Origin: a bacterium | GTDB taxonomy: Archaea > Thermoplasmatota > E2 > JACPAO01 > JAHFTW01 | Assembly (NCBI GenBank): GCA_040390065.1 | Contig: JAZJZE010000005.1 | Span: forward strand, 1-64,000 | DNA: 64,000 nt | Direction of reading: 5' to 3' | Part shown: positions 21,928 through 31,294 of the stretch, one piece after another | How positions within the stretch are numbered: position 1 is the first letter of the stretch | How the letters are laid out: every line of letters begins with the position of its first letter | Position numbers and translations under genes: made by a program | The notes under the pieces: model-generated | What the model saw: only the letters and a program-made list of their open reading frames with translations | What the model was told of the DNA's origin: nothing | The model's database searches: none

Positions 21928-23035
21928 GTTCGGCCATCGTCGCGGCCGTACGAACGCCTTGCGGATCCATGTGCGTCCGGCACGCCGCAATGCCAGCACC
22001 TCGAAGCGCCGTGATGAGCCGATCGCGTCGCGGCGGCGGCCCCATCTCCTTCTCCCAATCGTGCCCGACAATCCAGAACGGCGCCGCGTCCGCCTCCTGT
22101 TCCAAGATGTCGAGGAGGGGCATGACCTCGGCGGGTCGAGCGAGCGACTTGCCGGCCGACGCTGCACGCATGCCCGCCAGCAACTCGGCCGAATGCAGCG
22201 GACCCGACCACATCGGCCCCGCCCACGGACCAACCGCCTCGCCAACAGCCACGAACCGCCCCCGGCCGTCATCGTCTCGCACCACATTGCGCAGCAACCG
22301 GACCGCCGCATCCGCATCGCGCTTGCCATCCTCTACGCGCACCACGACGCGCATCCAGTGACCATGGCAGACCGACAACACGGGAGTCGCCACCCGGTCA
22401 TGGCGCGCCGCCGAACGCACCAACGCACCACCGAGGATCCGCAACCCAATCTCCGCGCGCCACGGCGCCGCGTTGAGACCGTGATGCGCATCATACCGCC
22501 GCTGGCACGCACGCGCAAACGCACCCGCCAACGCCCCCGTGTCCGTCGCCGTCGCACAAACCAGACCGCCATGCCGCGTCGACCGCATCGCCGCATCCAC
22601 GAACGGCATCGGACTGCCACAAGGGTCGAGGTCGACGACATCGAAGCGGCGCGACGCCAAGAATGAATGCGCATCACCCTCGCAGACATGCAGCCGCCCC
22701 GCCGCCACGCCATTCGCAGCCCCAGCCAACCGCATCGCCGCGACGGCCTCCGGCTGCCCATCATTAGCATGCACCACAATCGGCGCATCCACCTCGTGCG
22801 CAAGCCGGACCGCGCGCGCCCCCGTCCCAGCAAGGGCATCCCCCACGTCCACCTCGCGCCCGCGGGCCGCCGCAAACGCCTGCACCAAGAGCACAGACAA
22901 GTCCCGATTCAACGCCATCCCAGGATTGTAGAACGCCTGCCCCTTCACGCGCGCACCGGGCGACCGCGCCGGCTTCGACAGATTCGTGGCCGGAGGAAAA
23001 ATCCGCGTCGCCCCCTCCACGATGCCCTCGGCCAC
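21905..23035 (-). CDS. trm1: tRNA (guanine26-N2)-dimethyltransferase
   Basis: FYNPGMALNRDLS, DALAGTGARAVR, FDVVDLDPCGSP, TATD, GPMWSGPLH, RTHMDPQGVRT; GTG start after GGAGG. Confidence 0.9.
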   Translation of the reverse strand: MAEGIVEGATRIFPPATNLSKPARSPGARVKGQAFYNPGMALNRDLSVLLVQAFAAARGREVDVGDALAGTGARAVRLAHEVDAPIVVHANDGQPEAVAAMRLAGAANGVAAGRLHVCEGDAHSFLASRRFDVVDLDPCGSPMPFVDAAMRSTRHGGLVCATATDTGALAGAFARACQRRYDAHHGLNAAPWRAEIGLRILGGALVRSAARHDRVATPVLSVCHGHWMRVVVRVEDGKRDADAAVRLLRNVVRDDDGRGRFVAVGEAVGPWAGPMWSGPLHSAELLAGMRAASAGKSLARPAEVMPLLDILEQEADAAPFWIVGHDWEKEMGPPPRRDRLITALRGAGIAACRTHMDPQGVRTAATMAELKQLWRV

Positions 23036-23107
23036 GCCTCCTCCAGAGACAGCCGCCTTATCGCCCTGAGCCCCCAAACCCAAATCCCCCGACACCGTCG
23101 CGCCACC

Positions 23108-23341
23108 ATGGCCAACGAACTCACCGGCATCATGAAAGGCACCGGCGCCAAGATGAAAGCCGAAATCCTCGACGGCAAAGTCGCCTTCCGCGGCCAATGG
23201 AAAGGCGACGTCCCCTTCAACGAAATCACCGTCGAAGCCCGCGGCACCCTCCTCGCCCTGAGCTTCCGCGGCATGACCGTCGAAGTCTCCGCCGGATCCC
23301 AAGCCGGCAAACTCGCCGCCAAAATCAGGAAACCGACCTAA
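23108..23341 (+). CDS. 77-aa hypothetical protein
   Basis: ATG-started ORF divergent from trm1, protein-like composition. Confidence 0.6.
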   Translation: MANELTGIMKGTGAKMKAEILDGKVAFRGQWKGDVPFNEITVEARGTLLALSFRGMTVEVSAGSQAGKLAAKIRKPT

Positions 23342-23344
23342 CCA

Positions 23345-23467
23345 TCACGCATGCCCGCGAAGCCAAAGAAACGACACCAACACCATGGCCGCCACACAGA
23401 GCAGAATGATGCCTGACACGAACTGCTCGATCCACAACTTCCCCGCATCACGACGAATCAAACCCAA
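23345..23467 (-). CDS. Possible 40-aa membrane peptide (not in ORF track)
   Basis: TTG start, (M)GLIRRDAGKLWIEQFVSGIILLCVAAMVLVSFLWLRGHA; fills gap between genes; hydrophobicity could be a by-product of local G/T skew. Confidence 0.3.
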   Translation of the reverse strand: MGLIRRDAGKLWIEQFVSGIILLCVAAMVLVSFLWLRGHA

Positions 23468-23485
23468 ACAACCACCCCCAACCGC

Positions 23486-23659
23486 CTACGCCCGCCGCGA
23501 CTGACGACCACGAAGGCCACCCGCCAAAAGGCCAAGAAGCAAGAAGACCACCAAGACGATCAACGCAATCTTCAGCACACCCGCCACGAGGTTCAGAAAC
23601 AGAAGCGGACCCAAAAGCAAAAGCAACACCAATGCGAGAATGAGAAGACCGGCGCCCAT
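23486..23659 (-). CDS. 57-aa two-TM small protein
   Basis: MGAGLLILALVLLLLLGPLLFLNLVAGVLKIALIVLVVFLLLGLLAGGLRGRQSRRA. Confidence 0.55.
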   Translation of the reverse strand: MGAGLLILALVLLLLLGPLLFLNLVAGVLKIALIVLVVFLLLGLLAGGLRGRQSRRA

Positions 23660-23715
23660 ACCCAGACCTGCGCGCCCCAACCCTGTAAAGCGACAGGGAC
23701 AACACCGAGACCCCA

Positions 23716-23898
23716 CTACAACTCGAACCCATCCACCGGCGCCCGCAAAAACGGCTGCCAACCACCCGCATCCTCCCAGAAAAGCAGAGCCTCCTCGATG
23801 ATTTCGTAAAGCGCCATTCGGGGGTGGAGGCGGTGGTGGGCGAGGCGGTCGCGAAGGACGTTGGGCATGTCGACGGAGACCTGATCTTTGGCACGCAT
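23716..23898 (-). CDS. Ribbon-helix-helix-like small protein
   Basis: MRAKDQVSVDMPNVLRDRL..MALYEIIEEALLFW, beta-helix-helix pattern. Confidence 0.55.
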   Translation of the reverse strand: MRAKDQVSVDMPNVLRDRLAHHRLHPRMALYEIIEEALLFWEDAGGWQPFLRAPVDGFEL

Positions 23899-23996
23899 GC
23901 CCGTGGAACCACGGGGCTCCCCGAGGAACCCCGCGGAGGGGGAGGTAAAATCGGACGGTGCTTGGCCCTGCGACCCCGTCGGGGAGTCCCTTGTGA

Positions 23997-24494
23997 CTAT
24001 TCGCCGCTCATGAAGCCTGCGATGAACCAGGCGGCCAATGTCACGAGCGCAGTGGCTGGAAGGGAAGCGATGGCCGCTGTGATGGCGGAACGTTTCCGTG
24101 ATGGCAGGGTGATGGCCGTACCCAGCCGCGACCATAGGAACCACGCCTCCAGGACTAGAGGAACCGCTACGACGGAAATCGCAGCTCGCTGATAGATCGT
24201 CGTCGCACCTAGGAAGCCAATCCAAGCGAGCACGTGCAGAGCGAGGGCGGATACCGAAAGCCGCCCAGGGCGAGTCCATGCGGGAAGGGGGTCGATTGCC
24301 GCCAGGAGTCTTACAGCAAGACTGGTGCCGACTCCCACCAAGGCAACGACCCCCCAGAAAGCGAGCCACACGAGGCCGTTGTCGTCCAACTTGACGGTCC
24401 AGAGCCACTCCTGCGCGAGCGGCGCCCCAATCACGGTAGCGCTGAACAATCCAGCCAGCGCCCCGGCCGCGGGCGCCTCCCAGGAACGCCCCAC
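23997..24494 (-). CDS. Hypothetical multi-TM membrane protein
   Basis: About five hydrophobic segments; directly downstream of the NTPase. Confidence 0.55.
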   Translation of the reverse strand: MGRSWEAPAAGALAGLFSATVIGAPLAQEWLWTVKLDDNGLVWLAFWGVVALVGVGTSLAVRLLAAIDPLPAWTRPGRLSVSALALHVLAWIGFLGATTIYQRAAISVVAVPLVLEAWFLWSRLGTAITLPSRKRSAITAAIASLPATALVTLAAWFIAGFMSGE

Positions 24495-24502
24495 CGGTCC
24501 CC

Positions 24503-25075
24503 TCAGTAGTAGCTCGTCTGCAAGTGGTCCTTCATGAGCTTCTCGATCTTGTACGGCAAGAGATTCTTGTTGACGGGCGTCACTTCCAAGATCCGCACGT
24601 CGTCCCGCCGCCGCAAGTCCTGCAGGAGGGGATTCCTGCTTTTCTTGTGGAGGGTCATGATGACGGGTTTGGGGCAGTCTAGCGCTGCCTTGACGACGTC
24701 GTTGAATTTTTCGCTGTGCATTTCCATTTTGCCGACTTCGTCGATGATGATGATGTCGACTTCTTCGTCGTTGATGGAGTCGCGGACGGCTTTGACGCCA
24801 ATCCGGTCGAGGGGGTCGAGGTTGACGAAGTAGTCGCCGTCGTCGGTTTCGGCCTTGTACTTGGTCTTGAATTCCTTGGAGGCGAAGACGTCTTTTTCGC
24901 CAGTGCGCCAGTCTTCGACGTAGAATCCGACGCGGACGGAGCCGTCGCCGGGGCGGTACGCGCGGGTGATCATTCCGCCGATGATGAAGTCGTCTCGTTC
25001 CAGCTTGCGGCAGATGGCGGCAAGGGTGGCGGTCTTCCCAACGTTCGGCAATCCGGTGATGCCGATCTTGGGCAT
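24503..25075 (-). CDS. Nucleoside-triphosphatase THEP1 family
   Basis: KIGITGLPNVGKT Walker A, GG..T, RVGF, IIIDEVGKME Walker B. Confidence 0.92.
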   Translation of the reverse strand: MPKIGITGLPNVGKTATLAAICRKLERDDFIIGGMITRAYRPGDGSVRVGFYVEDWRTGEKDVFASKEFKTKYKAETDDGDYFVNLDPLDRIGVKAVRDSINDEEVDIIIIDEVGKMEMHSEKFNDVVKAALDCPKPVIMTLHKKSRNPLLQDLRRRDDVRILEVTPVNKNLLPYKIEKLMKDHLQTSYY

Positions 25076-25165
25076 GGTTTCGAACACAGCGGTCTCCCTA
25101 AGCGGACTCCCCCAAGGCGGGTGCTTTAGAAAAGCGGTGCGTAAGCCGGGCTCGCCGTGGCGGCG

Positions 25166-25981
25166 TCAGGCTGCAAGGGCGAGTGCCGAGGTCAAGCGTG
25201 GTGTGGCCACGTAGCCGCGTTCGACGATGGGGCTGGGTTCGACGAGGCCGGATGCGGTGAAGCGGGCGAGGTGCTTGGAGACGTTGGGGGGCTGGAGGGC
25301 CAGGAGGCGGCAGATGGCCGTGGCAGCCAGGTCTGGGGTGGCGTGGATGGCTTGGGCGATCCGTTGGGCGGTGGGGTTGCGAAGGAGGGCCAGGGTTGCG
25401 CGGGCGCCGGCGGCGGGGGAGTTGGCGGCGTACAGGAGGCGGCGGGGGCCTTGTCGGATGGAGACGAGGAGGCCGTTCTTCTCGAGGCGGCGGACGTGGT
25501 GCCACGTGGTTCCCCAGGCGATGCCGAGGCGCGTGCGCAAGTCGACGAGGGTGATTCCCGGGCTGGCGTCGACTTCTTGGACGATGCGGGCGCGGGTGTC
25601 GTGTTCGAGGACTTTGGGGCCTTGGATGCGGGAGAACAGGCCGGCGCCGAGGGCGTGGGCTGCGAGCCAGGTGGCGGCGGCGATGAGGGCGGCGATGCCG
25701 ATGCCGGTTGCGACGGGGGCGGCGGCCTGCAGTGGGCTGGGGGTTGCAGCCGCTGGGGCGGGAGTAGCTGGTGGGGAGGCCTGGGTTGGGGGCGCGGTGG
25801 AGACTTCGACGGAGGTGCCGCCCACGGGGAGTTGCACGTCGAGTTCCGGGAGCGGGGTGGGTGGGTCGGCGGAGATGGTTTGGTCGATGAGGGGCGCGGT
25901 GACGGTCAGGGCGCCGGCCGAGGGAATCATGGCTAGGGCGCACGCAGCCAGGAGGATTGTCAGGGGGGTTCGGCTCCGCAC
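25166..25981 (-). CDS. Membrane-anchored tandem winged-HTH regulator (COG3398-like)
   Basis: Signal peptide, Pro/Thr linker, TM, then FSRI..VLEHDTRARI..PGI..WGTTWHHVRRLEKNGLL and a second HTH. Confidence 0.8.
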   Translation of the reverse strand: MRSRTPLTILLAACALAMIPSAGALTVTAPLIDQTISADPPTPLPELDVQLPVGGTSVEVSTAPPTQASPPATPAPAAATPSPLQAAAPVATGIGIAALIAAATWLAAHALGAGLFSRIQGPKVLEHDTRARIVQEVDASPGITLVDLRTRLGIAWGTTWHHVRRLEKNGLLVSIRQGPRRLLYAANSPAAGARATLALLRNPTAQRIAQAIHATPDLAATAICRLLALQPPNVSKHLARFTASGLVEPSPIVERGYVATPRLTSALALAA

Positions 25982-26187
25982 GGTGGCGCCCTCCTGTCTG
26001 GACCTATATGGCCTTCACCTGACAAAACTGAAAAGGAGAGGCCGGGGGGCGCCGTCGGGGCCAGGAGGGCGGGGGCGGGATGGCGAAGGGGTTGCAACAC
26101 CGTTGGGGGGCGGGATCGGCTCCATGTTTCCGGGTCTATCGCCTCGCCTTATCTGCGGCGGCTGCGGAGCCTGGTTTGGGTGCCGAC

Positions 26188-26742
26188 ATGACAACCACCA
26201 ACCCCCAAAATGCCCGAATCTTGACCGCCAAGCGCCTGACCGGCCTCCTGGGATTCTCCCTGGTGGGCCTCATGGCCATCGCTGGAGCCGCTGCTGCCCA
26301 GCTTCCCGGCTTGCCCGGGGTGCCCGCCCTGCCGAGCGTGGACCAGTACGTCTCGACCCCTGCGGGTTCGACGACGCTTCATGCAGGCGCCGATGGCGCT
26401 GAGGCCCAGGCGGACATCGCCGCGGGCACGCAGATGCTCCCCGTCCCCCTGCCGGTCGCAGCCGACGCCGCCCAGAGCTTGGCCCTCAAGGCCTCTACGG
26501 ATGGCGTGGCCGCTGACTCGTCCACGGCGGCGGATGCCCTTGGCCTTGCCCAACTCAAGTCCACGGCGGCCGCCAACGCGGGCCTGTACGGCGTCGACGC
26601 CACGACGGGCGCGGACCTTGCGGGCCCGGTTGCAGCTGAGGTGCACGCCGACGCCCATGCGGCGAACCCGGCGGCCGAGTGCGTTCAGGCCGTGGGAGAG
26701 TTCTTCCAGGCGATTGGCGACTTCGTCGCCGGCCTCCTCTGA
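26188..26742 (+). CDS. Ala-rich secreted hypothetical protein
   Basis: Signal peptide ending AAAAQ; followed by pyrimidine tract. Confidence 0.7.
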   Translation: MTTTNPQNARILTAKRLTGLLGFSLVGLMAIAGAAAAQLPGLPGVPALPSVDQYVSTPAGSTTLHAGADGAEAQADIAAGTQMLPVPLPVAADAAQSLALKASTDGVAADSSTAADALGLAQLKSTAAANAGLYGVDATTGADLAGPVAAEVHADAHAANPAAECVQAVGEFFQAIGDFVAGLL

Positions 26743-26752
26743 AGCCTCGCCG

Positions 26753-26790
26753 TTCTCTCTTCCCTTTTCCCCTTCTCCTTTCGTTTTTCC
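26753..26790 (+). terminator. Pyrimidine/T-rich archaeal terminator
   Basis: TTCTCTCTTCCCTTTTCCCCTTCTCCTTTCGTTTTTCC right after the stop. Confidence 0.6.
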
Positions 26791-26835
26791 ACGCCGGCCC
26801 AAAGAGCGAAATCGCCGCCGGGACTGGGCGCTGCC

Positions 26836-27861
26836 ATGCATCGGGCTGCCCTCGTCTTGGCCGTCATCGTCCTTGCCGGATGCGCCGGCGGTGGCCAGCC
26901 GCCGGGGGCCTCGTGCGCGACTTGCCCCGCGGGGACGACTCTCGACTCCTCCGGGAACTGGACGCTCGCGCCGCCCGCGTGGCACGTCGGCGACTGGTGG
27001 AACTTCACCGGGACCCTCGGGGGCGGCTCGTTCTCGCACATCGTGACGGCAGAGACGGCGGCCGAGTGGTTCCTCGACACGGACAATCCGTCGTCGGCGT
27101 TCCGAAACACGCAGAGCGACACGAGTTACCTCGGGCCCATCCGCAAGTCGGACCTCGCAGGCTCGCAGGCGGACGACCGGGTCGAGTACCTGAAGTGGCC
27201 GCTCGTGCAGAATGCAACCTGGACGACGAAATGGGACCATACGAGCATGAACCTGAAGGGGCGCTTCGTCGTGAACGTGGGCCCGAAACCGCAGGACGAT
27301 GGTTTGCCGGCGTACTACGTCGAGGCGCGCCAGCTCAACGGGACGTTGTACGCCAGCTACGCCTTCACGCCCGCCCTCGGCTGGTTCCGCAACGTGACGT
27401 TCTACGACGGGCACGGCGTGCCGCAGTTCGCCTTCGCGCTTGCGAACTTTGGCCACAACTATCCGGGGACGTACGTGCGGTGGCGGACGCAATCGGTCGC
27501 CGACGTCTCGGGCGCGCTCACCGACGCGCCGACCACGGGGAATTTCGATGTCCCCCTGAACGCGACCGACGTGTACGCCGTCATTGCCCTGGATTGTGTC
27601 TCCGGGACGGCCATGATCGGCGTGGATCCGCTCCCCGTTGCGACGTCCATCGCTGGCGTCGACCCGCGCGGCACCGGAGGTGGCGGCGATCCCTGTCCGG
27701 CGACCTTCCACTTCACGGGATCGGTGGGCCCGCCGAAGGCCCCGCCCCAGGGCGGCGCGGAGGCGTGGGGCTACGTCGTCGTGGGCGGTCCCGCAACGGT
27801 GGGCACCTATTCGCTGCGGGTCCTCATCCGCTGGGAGCAAGTGCTGACGTTGCCCGCGTGA
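26836..27861 (+). CDS. Hypothetical lipoprotein
   Basis: MHRAALVLAVIVLAGC lipobox; P.WHVGDWW motif. Confidence 0.78.
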   Translation: MHRAALVLAVIVLAGCAGGGQPPGASCATCPAGTTLDSSGNWTLAPPAWHVGDWWNFTGTLGGGSFSHIVTAETAAEWFLDTDNPSSAFRNTQSDTSYLGPIRKSDLAGSQADDRVEYLKWPLVQNATWTTKWDHTSMNLKGRFVVNVGPKPQDDGLPAYYVEARQLNGTLYASYAFTPALGWFRNVTFYDGHGVPQFAFALANFGHNYPGTYVRWRTQSVADVSGALTDAPTTGNFDVPLNATDVYAVIALDCVSGTAMIGVDPLPVATSIAGVDPRGTGGGGDPCPATFHFTGSVGPPKAPPQGGAEAWGYVVVGGPATVGTYSLRVLIRWEQVLTLPA

Positions 27862-27916
27862 TGGTCGGCGTGGAAGCCGGCGCGGCGGAGTTCGTCAAGA
27901 GCGCGCGCTTGCTGGG

Positions 27917-29290
27917 CTACGGCTTGAGGATGGGCAGGACCGCGCCGCCCTTGCCCTGCACGTAGACGCTCAAGGGATGGCTTCCGGGCGTGTCCAGGCA
28001 GCCCTTGGCGTCCGAGAAGACGACGACGTAGGCGCGGCCGTCCGGACCGGAACCGGAACCCATGACGTCGCCGCACGGGGCAGTGACCTTGCTCGCCACG
28101 ACGCTGACATCGCGGATGATCGGCTGCCCGAAACTGTCGATGAAGAGGTGGGCTGCGTAGACGTCGGCCTTGCCGGCGGCGCCGCCGTCCTGGATCCAGC
28201 TCACGAGGGCGCCAGGTCCGCCCATGTTGCCGTCGACGTTGAGGAAGCCGATCTTGCCCGTGGTCTCGAAGGTGGTCACCGTGAAGTTGGCGCCGCCGTT
28301 CGTGCTCGCGGCGACGATGAACCGGCCTGTGTCCTTGGTGTTGTTCGTGGCCGCGACGAAGAGTGTGCCCTCCTTGTCGTAGCCGGAGAAGCCCCAGTTG
28401 CCTCCGCCGCCGAAGTCGGCGCCTTCGTCCGTGACCTCGAAGGCCGTGACAGTGCTTGTGGTCATGAGTGAGTGGGCGTTGCCGATGACGACGTCCAGTT
28501 GGCCGTTGTTCATGATGGGGACTGCGAACTGCAGGTCGTCACGCATGGCGGGGATGCCCGGGAGGAAGGAGCCGGAGCCTGCGCACATGTTCCACTTCGC
28601 GGGCATGACATCGCCGGGCAGTGCCGGCGGGACCTGCAGGATGCCGACCTGGACCGCGCCGTTGCCGGCGTTGTTGGAGAGAAGGAGCGTGCCGTTGGCG
28701 TAAGCCGCCCACGGGCGGTCGTTGAGGGGCACCTTGTCGGCGGCCGCGGATCCGCAGGGCTGCGTCGTGGCGGCCTCGCGGTCGTAGGCGTTGGGGTTGT
28801 GGTAGCACTGCGTGGCGCCGTTGTCGCACCAGCCTTCGACTGGGAACGAGTGCAAGGCCACGTCCGCCATGTAGGCGTGGCCGCCGGGGCCCGCGACGAT
28901 CATGCCTTCGTCACCGGACGGCAGCGCAGATCCTTGACCCGGGGAGGGCACGGCCGCGGGGCCGAGGAACGGCAGCTGACGCCAGGACTTTCCGTCGTCC
29001 GTGCTAACGTACGCGGGTGTGCCGGTGCTGACGGCGCCGGCAACGTGCGCGGCGACGTAGATGGCGCCGGAGTCAGACACCTCGAGCAAGGGCTCGTAGA
29101 GGTCCAGCCCCAGGCCGACGGCGGGCGTCACGATGGACTGGTTGAAGGACATGACATTGGTCGCCTGGGCGACGACGTAGCCCTCGGGGCGCGGCGCGAT
29201 GAGGGTCACGGGCGGCGTGGTGGGCGTGCTAGCGGGCGTCGTGCAGCCGGCAAACAACAGGGCCGCGAAGATGAGCGGGGCGATGCGCAT
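27917..29290 (-). CDS. Lipoprotein with BNR/Asp-box repeats (sialidase-like propeller)
   Basis: FAGC lipobox; STDDGKSW and STNGGANF Asp-boxes; NDRPW. Confidence 0.78.
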   Translation of the reverse strand: MRIAPLIFAALLFAGCTTPASTPTTPPVTLIAPRPEGYVVAQATNVMSFNQSIVTPAVGLGLDLYEPLLEVSDSGAIYVAAHVAGAVSTGTPAYVSTDDGKSWRQLPFLGPAAVPSPGQGSALPSGDEGMIVAGPGGHAYMADVALHSFPVEGWCDNGATQCYHNPNAYDREAATTQPCGSAAADKVPLNDRPWAAYANGTLLLSNNAGNGAVQVGILQVPPALPGDVMPAKWNMCAGSGSFLPGIPAMRDDLQFAVPIMNNGQLDVVIGNAHSLMTTSTVTAFEVTDEGADFGGGGNWGFSGYDKEGTLFVAATNNTKDTGRFIVAASTNGGANFTVTTFETTGKIGFLNVDGNMGGPGALVSWIQDGGAAGKADVYAAHLFIDSFGQPIIRDVSVVASKVTAPCGDVMGSGSGPDGRAYVVVFSDAKGCLDTPGSHPLSVYVQGKGGAVLPILKP

Positions 29291-29351
29291 GAGGCGGCGA
29301 CGCCGGGGCGAGCATGAAAAGCCTGTGGTGGCTGTCTCGCGCCCGGATCGT

Positions 29352-29675
29352 TCAGCGCAGGATGACGATGTCCGGCGTGGCTTGCACCGGGTCCGACTCG
29401 GCCCACGCGGTGACGTGCAAGTCCAGTTCCGTGCCGATGAAGATGGCCGAGGATGTCGAGGGCGTGCAGGATGCGCCTGACCCCCGGTAGATCGTGGCTT
29501 TGGCCAAGTGGATGACGGCGGCTGTGCCGTCGTCGCGGGTCACGTGGATGTCTTCGGTGCCGCCGGAGTCGGCACGCACGTGCGCGTTGGTCTCGGGGCA
29601 CGCCCTTTCCGTGCTGCAGCCGGCCAGGCTGGCGGCCACGAGGAGTGCTGCGAGGGCGGCAACGGCAGCGTGCAC
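29352..29675 (-). CDS. Small hypothetical lipoprotein
   Basis: LAGC lipobox; AESDPVQA C-terminal motif. Confidence 0.6.
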   Translation of the reverse strand: MHAAVAALAALLVAASLAGCSTERACPETNAHVRADSGGTEDIHVTRDDGTAAVIHLAKATIYRGSGASCTPSTSSAIFIGTELDLHVTAWAESDPVQATPDIVILR

Positions 29676-29737
29676 GCTGCGGCGATGACGGGTGGGGGCC
29701 AAGCCTTTGCGGTCGCTTCGACCGATGGCGTCGCGCC

Positions 29738-29959
29738 TTACTTCGAGGCCTTGACGTTCAGGGCCTTCGGCGAGCCACGGCGCTCGTCGGTGCCGAGGTC
29801 GTACGTGACGGCCTCGCCCTCGCGCAGGGCGTCGAAGCCGGCGCCGCCGACGTCGGCGCGGTGGAAGAAGAGGTCCTTGCCCGAGGCGGGTGCGTCTGCC
29901 AAGGCGATGAAGCCGAAGCCGCGGTCGCCGACGAGTTTCTTGATGGTTCCAGTAGCCAT
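29738..29959 (-). CDS. csp: Cold-shock protein (CSD)
   Basis: MATGTIK...RGFGFI (RNP1), DLFFH (RNP2), L.EG..V, KALNV. Confidence 0.92.
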   Translation of the reverse strand: MATGTIKKLVGDRGFGFIALADAPASGKDLFFHRADVGGAGFDALREGEAVTYDLGTDERRGSPKALNVKASK

Positions 29960-30099
29960 ATTGAGTTGCTCCGAGGTTTGGCCAGACGCATGGGGTACAG
30001 GAGCGTGCCGGTGGTGGCCGCTGGAGTATTCTTGGTGCGCGCCAGCCGCTTCGCTGGGCCGCGTGGTGCGCTCCAGCCGAACCCGAAGGTGGCCTTGAG

Positions 30100-31053
30100 T
30101 TACAGGACGATGTCGATGTCGAGCCGCTCAGCCAGTTCCTTGTAGCGGTTGCGAATCGTGACTTCGGTCACGCCCGCCACTTCGGCAACTTCGCGCTGTG
30201 TGCGGCGTTCGCCGCTCAGGATGCTCGCGATGTAGATGGCAGCGGCTGCGACACCCGTGGGACCACGGCCCGAGGTGAGTTCGCGGTCGGCGGCCTGCTT
30301 GAGGATGTCGACCGTCTTCGCCTGGACGTCGCCCGACAGCTTCAGCTCTGAGCAGAAGCGCGGGATGTAGTCCTGCGGCGCCGTCGGCATGAGCTTGAGC
30401 TTGAGTTCGCGGGCGATGAAGCGGTACGTGCGGCCGATCTCCTTGCGGGAGACGCGGCTGGCGTCGGCAATCTCGTCGAGCGTGCGGGGCACGTCGCACT
30501 GGCGGCAGGCGGCGTACAGGGCAGCGGCGGCAACACCTTCGATGGAGCGGCCGCGGATGAGGTTCTTCGTGACGGCGCGGCGGTAGACCATCGCGGCGGT
30601 CTCGCGCACGTTGCGGGGAAGGCCCATGCCCGACGCCATGCGGTCGAGTTCGCTGAGGGCGAAGGCGAGGTTGCGCTCGGTCGCGTTGGAGACGCGGATG
30701 CGGCGCTGCCACTTGCGCAGGCGGTACAGTTGGGCCCGGTTGCGCGTCGGGATCGACTTGCCGTAGGAGTCCTTGTTCTTCCAGCCGATCATGGTGGAGA
30801 GACCCTTGTCGTGGATGGTGTAGGTCATCGGGGCGCCGACACGTGCGCGCTTCTCGCGCTGCTCGGAGTCGAAGGCGCGCCACTCGGGGCCCTGGTCGAT
30901 GAAGGCGTCGTCGAGGACGAGGCCGCAGGTCTCGCAGACCATTTCGCCGCGCTCGTAGTCGGACTGGATGTGGTCCGACCCGCACTCGGGGCAGGTTGTG
31001 ATCTCTTCGATCTTCTGCTTCTCCTTCGTTTTCGGCTTCGCGATGTCGGCCAT
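30100..31053 (-). CDS. tfb: Transcription initiation factor IIB
   Basis: CPECGS..CETCG Zn ribbon, [19 protein letters not shown], two cyclin repeats, [13 protein letters not shown]. Confidence 0.98.
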   Translation of the reverse strand: MADIAKPKTKEKQKIEEITTCPECGSDHIQSDYERGEMVCETCGLVLDDAFIDQGPEWRAFDSEQREKRARVGAPMTYTIHDKGLSTMIGWKNKDSYGKSIPTRNRAQLYRLRKWQRRIRVSNATERNLAFALSELDRMASGMGLPRNVRETAAMVYRRAVTKNLIRGRSIEGVAAAALYAACRQCDVPRTLDEIADASRVSRKEIGRTYRFIARELKLKLMPTAPQDYIPRFCSELKLSGDVQAKTVDILKQAADRELTSGRGPTGVAAAAIYIASILSGERRTQREVAEVAGVTEVTIRNRYKELAERLDIDIVL

Positions 31054-31294
31054 GAAAATCGAGGTCCTGGGCGGCCGATGGGTCGGCCTCCCTGCCTGCT
31101 TTCTGGGTGAGTTGGATAAACACTTAAATCTTTTGGTGATTTGGCCTGGCTTCTTATCTACTCGGAAGAAATTCCGACTTGAACCCTTCGGAATATCCGC
31201 ACCTGGCAAGCCTCCATGGGAAACGCACCTGGTCTTTGCGCCGTCGGGGGGCGAAAGGAACCTTCAAGCGCGAGGCAATCTTGCTCGCCCGGCC

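Noticed and set aside
23700-24000. Canonical ORB origin or dif site at the skew switch
   Set aside because: No recognisable ORB repeats, AT-rich unwinding element, cdc6 or 11-6-11 dif palindrome by eye; only the skew is reported
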